Below are positions 62,201-64,000 of a stretch of 64,000 nt of DNA, piece after piece (position 1 is the stretch's first letter; each line of letters starts with the position of its first letter). The stretch is from contig NC_043000.1 of the NCBI RefSeq assembly GCF_006345805.1, forward strand, positions 101,556,001 to 101,620,000. The letters are read 5' to 3'. The DNA comes from Octopus sinensis (Eukaryota). Position numbers and translations under genes: made by a program. The notes under the pieces were generated by a model. It did not search any database. It had not been told where the DNA came from and saw only the letters and a program-made list of their open reading frames with translations.

Positions 62201-64000
62201 TTTTTTTTTTCTTCTTTCAAATTTGCTTCCATTTCTTGCCGAGTGTCTTCCCGACTCCTAGGGCAAAGAAACTCATTCTATACATTGGTAGGCCATTAAA
62301 CCAAACTCAATAGTTCGTTCATTTTTTTTTTTTTTTTTTTAAGTTAAAATACATGAGCAGCAACAGTTCTCACATCGACAATGCTCTTCTCAATACGTGT
62401 GATGTACCAGTTAAGACAATCTTTTGCACTTCTTGCAGGGATGGTAAGCCAGGGATCATTCTCATATAATTTTCGGTTCCCTTCTTGATCATTCCTAGTG
62501 CTCCTACGATCACTGGTATTGTAACCGCCTTGAGATGCCACATTTTCTCAATTTCAATGAGTAGGTCTTTATATTTTCTGAGCTTGTCAAACTCTTTCGC
62601 TGAGATATTATGATCACAGGGGATGCTCATGTCAATCAATAAGCAAACTTTATTGTTTTGGTCTTTCACAACAATATCTGGTTTATTGGCCTTGATGGTT
62701 CGGTCTGTATGTACTGGAAAGTCCCACAGAATGGTTACATTTTCTCCTTCAGTTACAGCCTCAGGGTGGTAATTATACCACTTGTCGGCAGTTTTGATAT
62801 TGTAATGCCGACTTATTAGCCAGTGTAGATATTGGCCAACTCTGTCATGTCTTAATTTATACTCCACTGGAGCTAAGACTTTACATCCAGAGATTAGGTG
62901 GTCCACTGTTTCAATCATGTCGTTGCAGAATCGGCATTTTGGGTCTGCTCCATTTTTCATCACATTGGCCTGGTAGTTCCGGGTTAATAGGCTTTGATCT
63001 TGAGCAGCCAGGATGAAACCTTCGCTCTCTGCTTTTAGCCCTGAGCTCCGTAGCCACTGATGGGTTTGCTTCTGGTCAACATCAGCTTGTTTGCTGTGGG
63101 TCACATATTTGCCGTGCAGAGGTTTCTCCTCCCACCTATCAGCCAATTGCTCATGCGCTTTTTTTGTTGCCATTATTTTCACCTTCTTTGCAACAATAAT
63201 TGCCGTACTTCCCTCGGGTTGTTCTGTTTGGGTATCCTGCACGAGATCAATAGCAAATTTTTTGCTTTCCTTTATAATAGAATGAAGCTTCTTTCGTCTC
63301 TCGTGATTTTCCACGAGCTTTAGCATCCAGTCATTCGATATTTCGAGATATTTGGCCAGTCCAATTGTGGTTGTTTTGTAAGCTAGTTCAAATTGGATCA
63401 GGCCTCGACCTCCTGGGCTCTGGGAAGGTAAAGGCGATCTACGTCTGCCTTTGGGTGGTGCATCCTATTACAACTCAGCAGCTTGCGTATTTTCCTATCT
63501 ATATTCTTTACTTCACTCATATTCCAGTTCAACACATTGTAGCTATAAGTAACAACTGGAACTGCTAAGGAATTTATAGCTAACGCCTTGTTACGTGCAT
63601 TTAGTTCAGATTTCAGGACTGTACGAACTCTCCTATAACATTCCTTCCTGATCTCTTTCATGCTTGCATGCTGAATACCAGAGCCTTCATTTATCCCTAA
63701 ATATTTGTATGTTTGTTCTTGCTCAAGCTCTCTTATGACTGTGTCAACATCTAACACGACTGAATTTGTGGTCTTCACTTTCCCTTTCTGGAAAGTGGCC
63801 TTGGCACACTTCTCAAGTCCAAACTCCATCCCGATGTCATCGCTAAATGCTTTCACAGTGCACAATAGGCCTTCAAGTTCATTATTGTCTTTACCATAAA
63901 GTTTTAAGTCATCCATATAAAATAGATGGCTTATTTTTTTATTGGCAATTTTATACCCATACCCTGTTCTGTTTAATTCACTTGTAAGGGGTATTAGGGC
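62201..64000 (-). mobile_element. R4/Dong-type (R2 superfamily) non-LTR retrotransposon, 3' portion; continues beyond the window
   Basis: RT-CCHC-RLE order, about 170-bp 3' UTR with an A-rich end, then (TAA)n on the sense strand. Confidence 0.9.
62370..64000 (-). pseudogene. RT C-terminal half + CCHC finger + PD-(D/E)xK endonuclease; one visible frameshift near 63410
   Basis: ISHLFYMDDLKLY (RT active site); CRFC...ETVDHLISGC; KLRHDRV; NKPDIVV...LIDMSIP...KEFDKLRKY; restoring one G in CAGGAGGT gives YLPRAQGGRGLIQ in frame with the downstream ORF. Confidence 0.92.

Overview
Repeat-saturated, AT-rich eukaryotic DNA. The SINE, microsatellite and mariner landscape suggests a coleoid cephalopod (Octopus-like); this is inferred, not database-checked. 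No host gene can be called with confidence; only weak exon candidates exist. Most ORFs in the supplied track are microsatellite or SINE artefacts. Content: dozens of copies of four tRNA/SINE-type families, four mariner elements or derivatives with TA target-site duplications (TSDs) plus a transposase fragment, TTAA-flanked MITEs, two RTE-LINE fragments, two R4/Dong-type RLE retrotransposons in (TAA)n (one nearly intact, running off the right edge), several Penelope-like termini with minimal hammerhead-ribozyme motifs, and five Helitron-type units. The most striking structure is a 5.1-kb head-to-tail array of three composite Helitrons (17211-22339) joined by CTAG|TC junctions. Two units carry a captured piggyBac transposase fragment from which a 116-bp tandem repeat has expanded (3+ versus 6 copies). 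Other highlights: a 488-bp palindrome with a split hammerhead core at its apex, a cluster of fold-back structures at 36.6-40.7 kb, and short locally templated insertions. Many SINE boundaries are approximate (about +/-20 bp).
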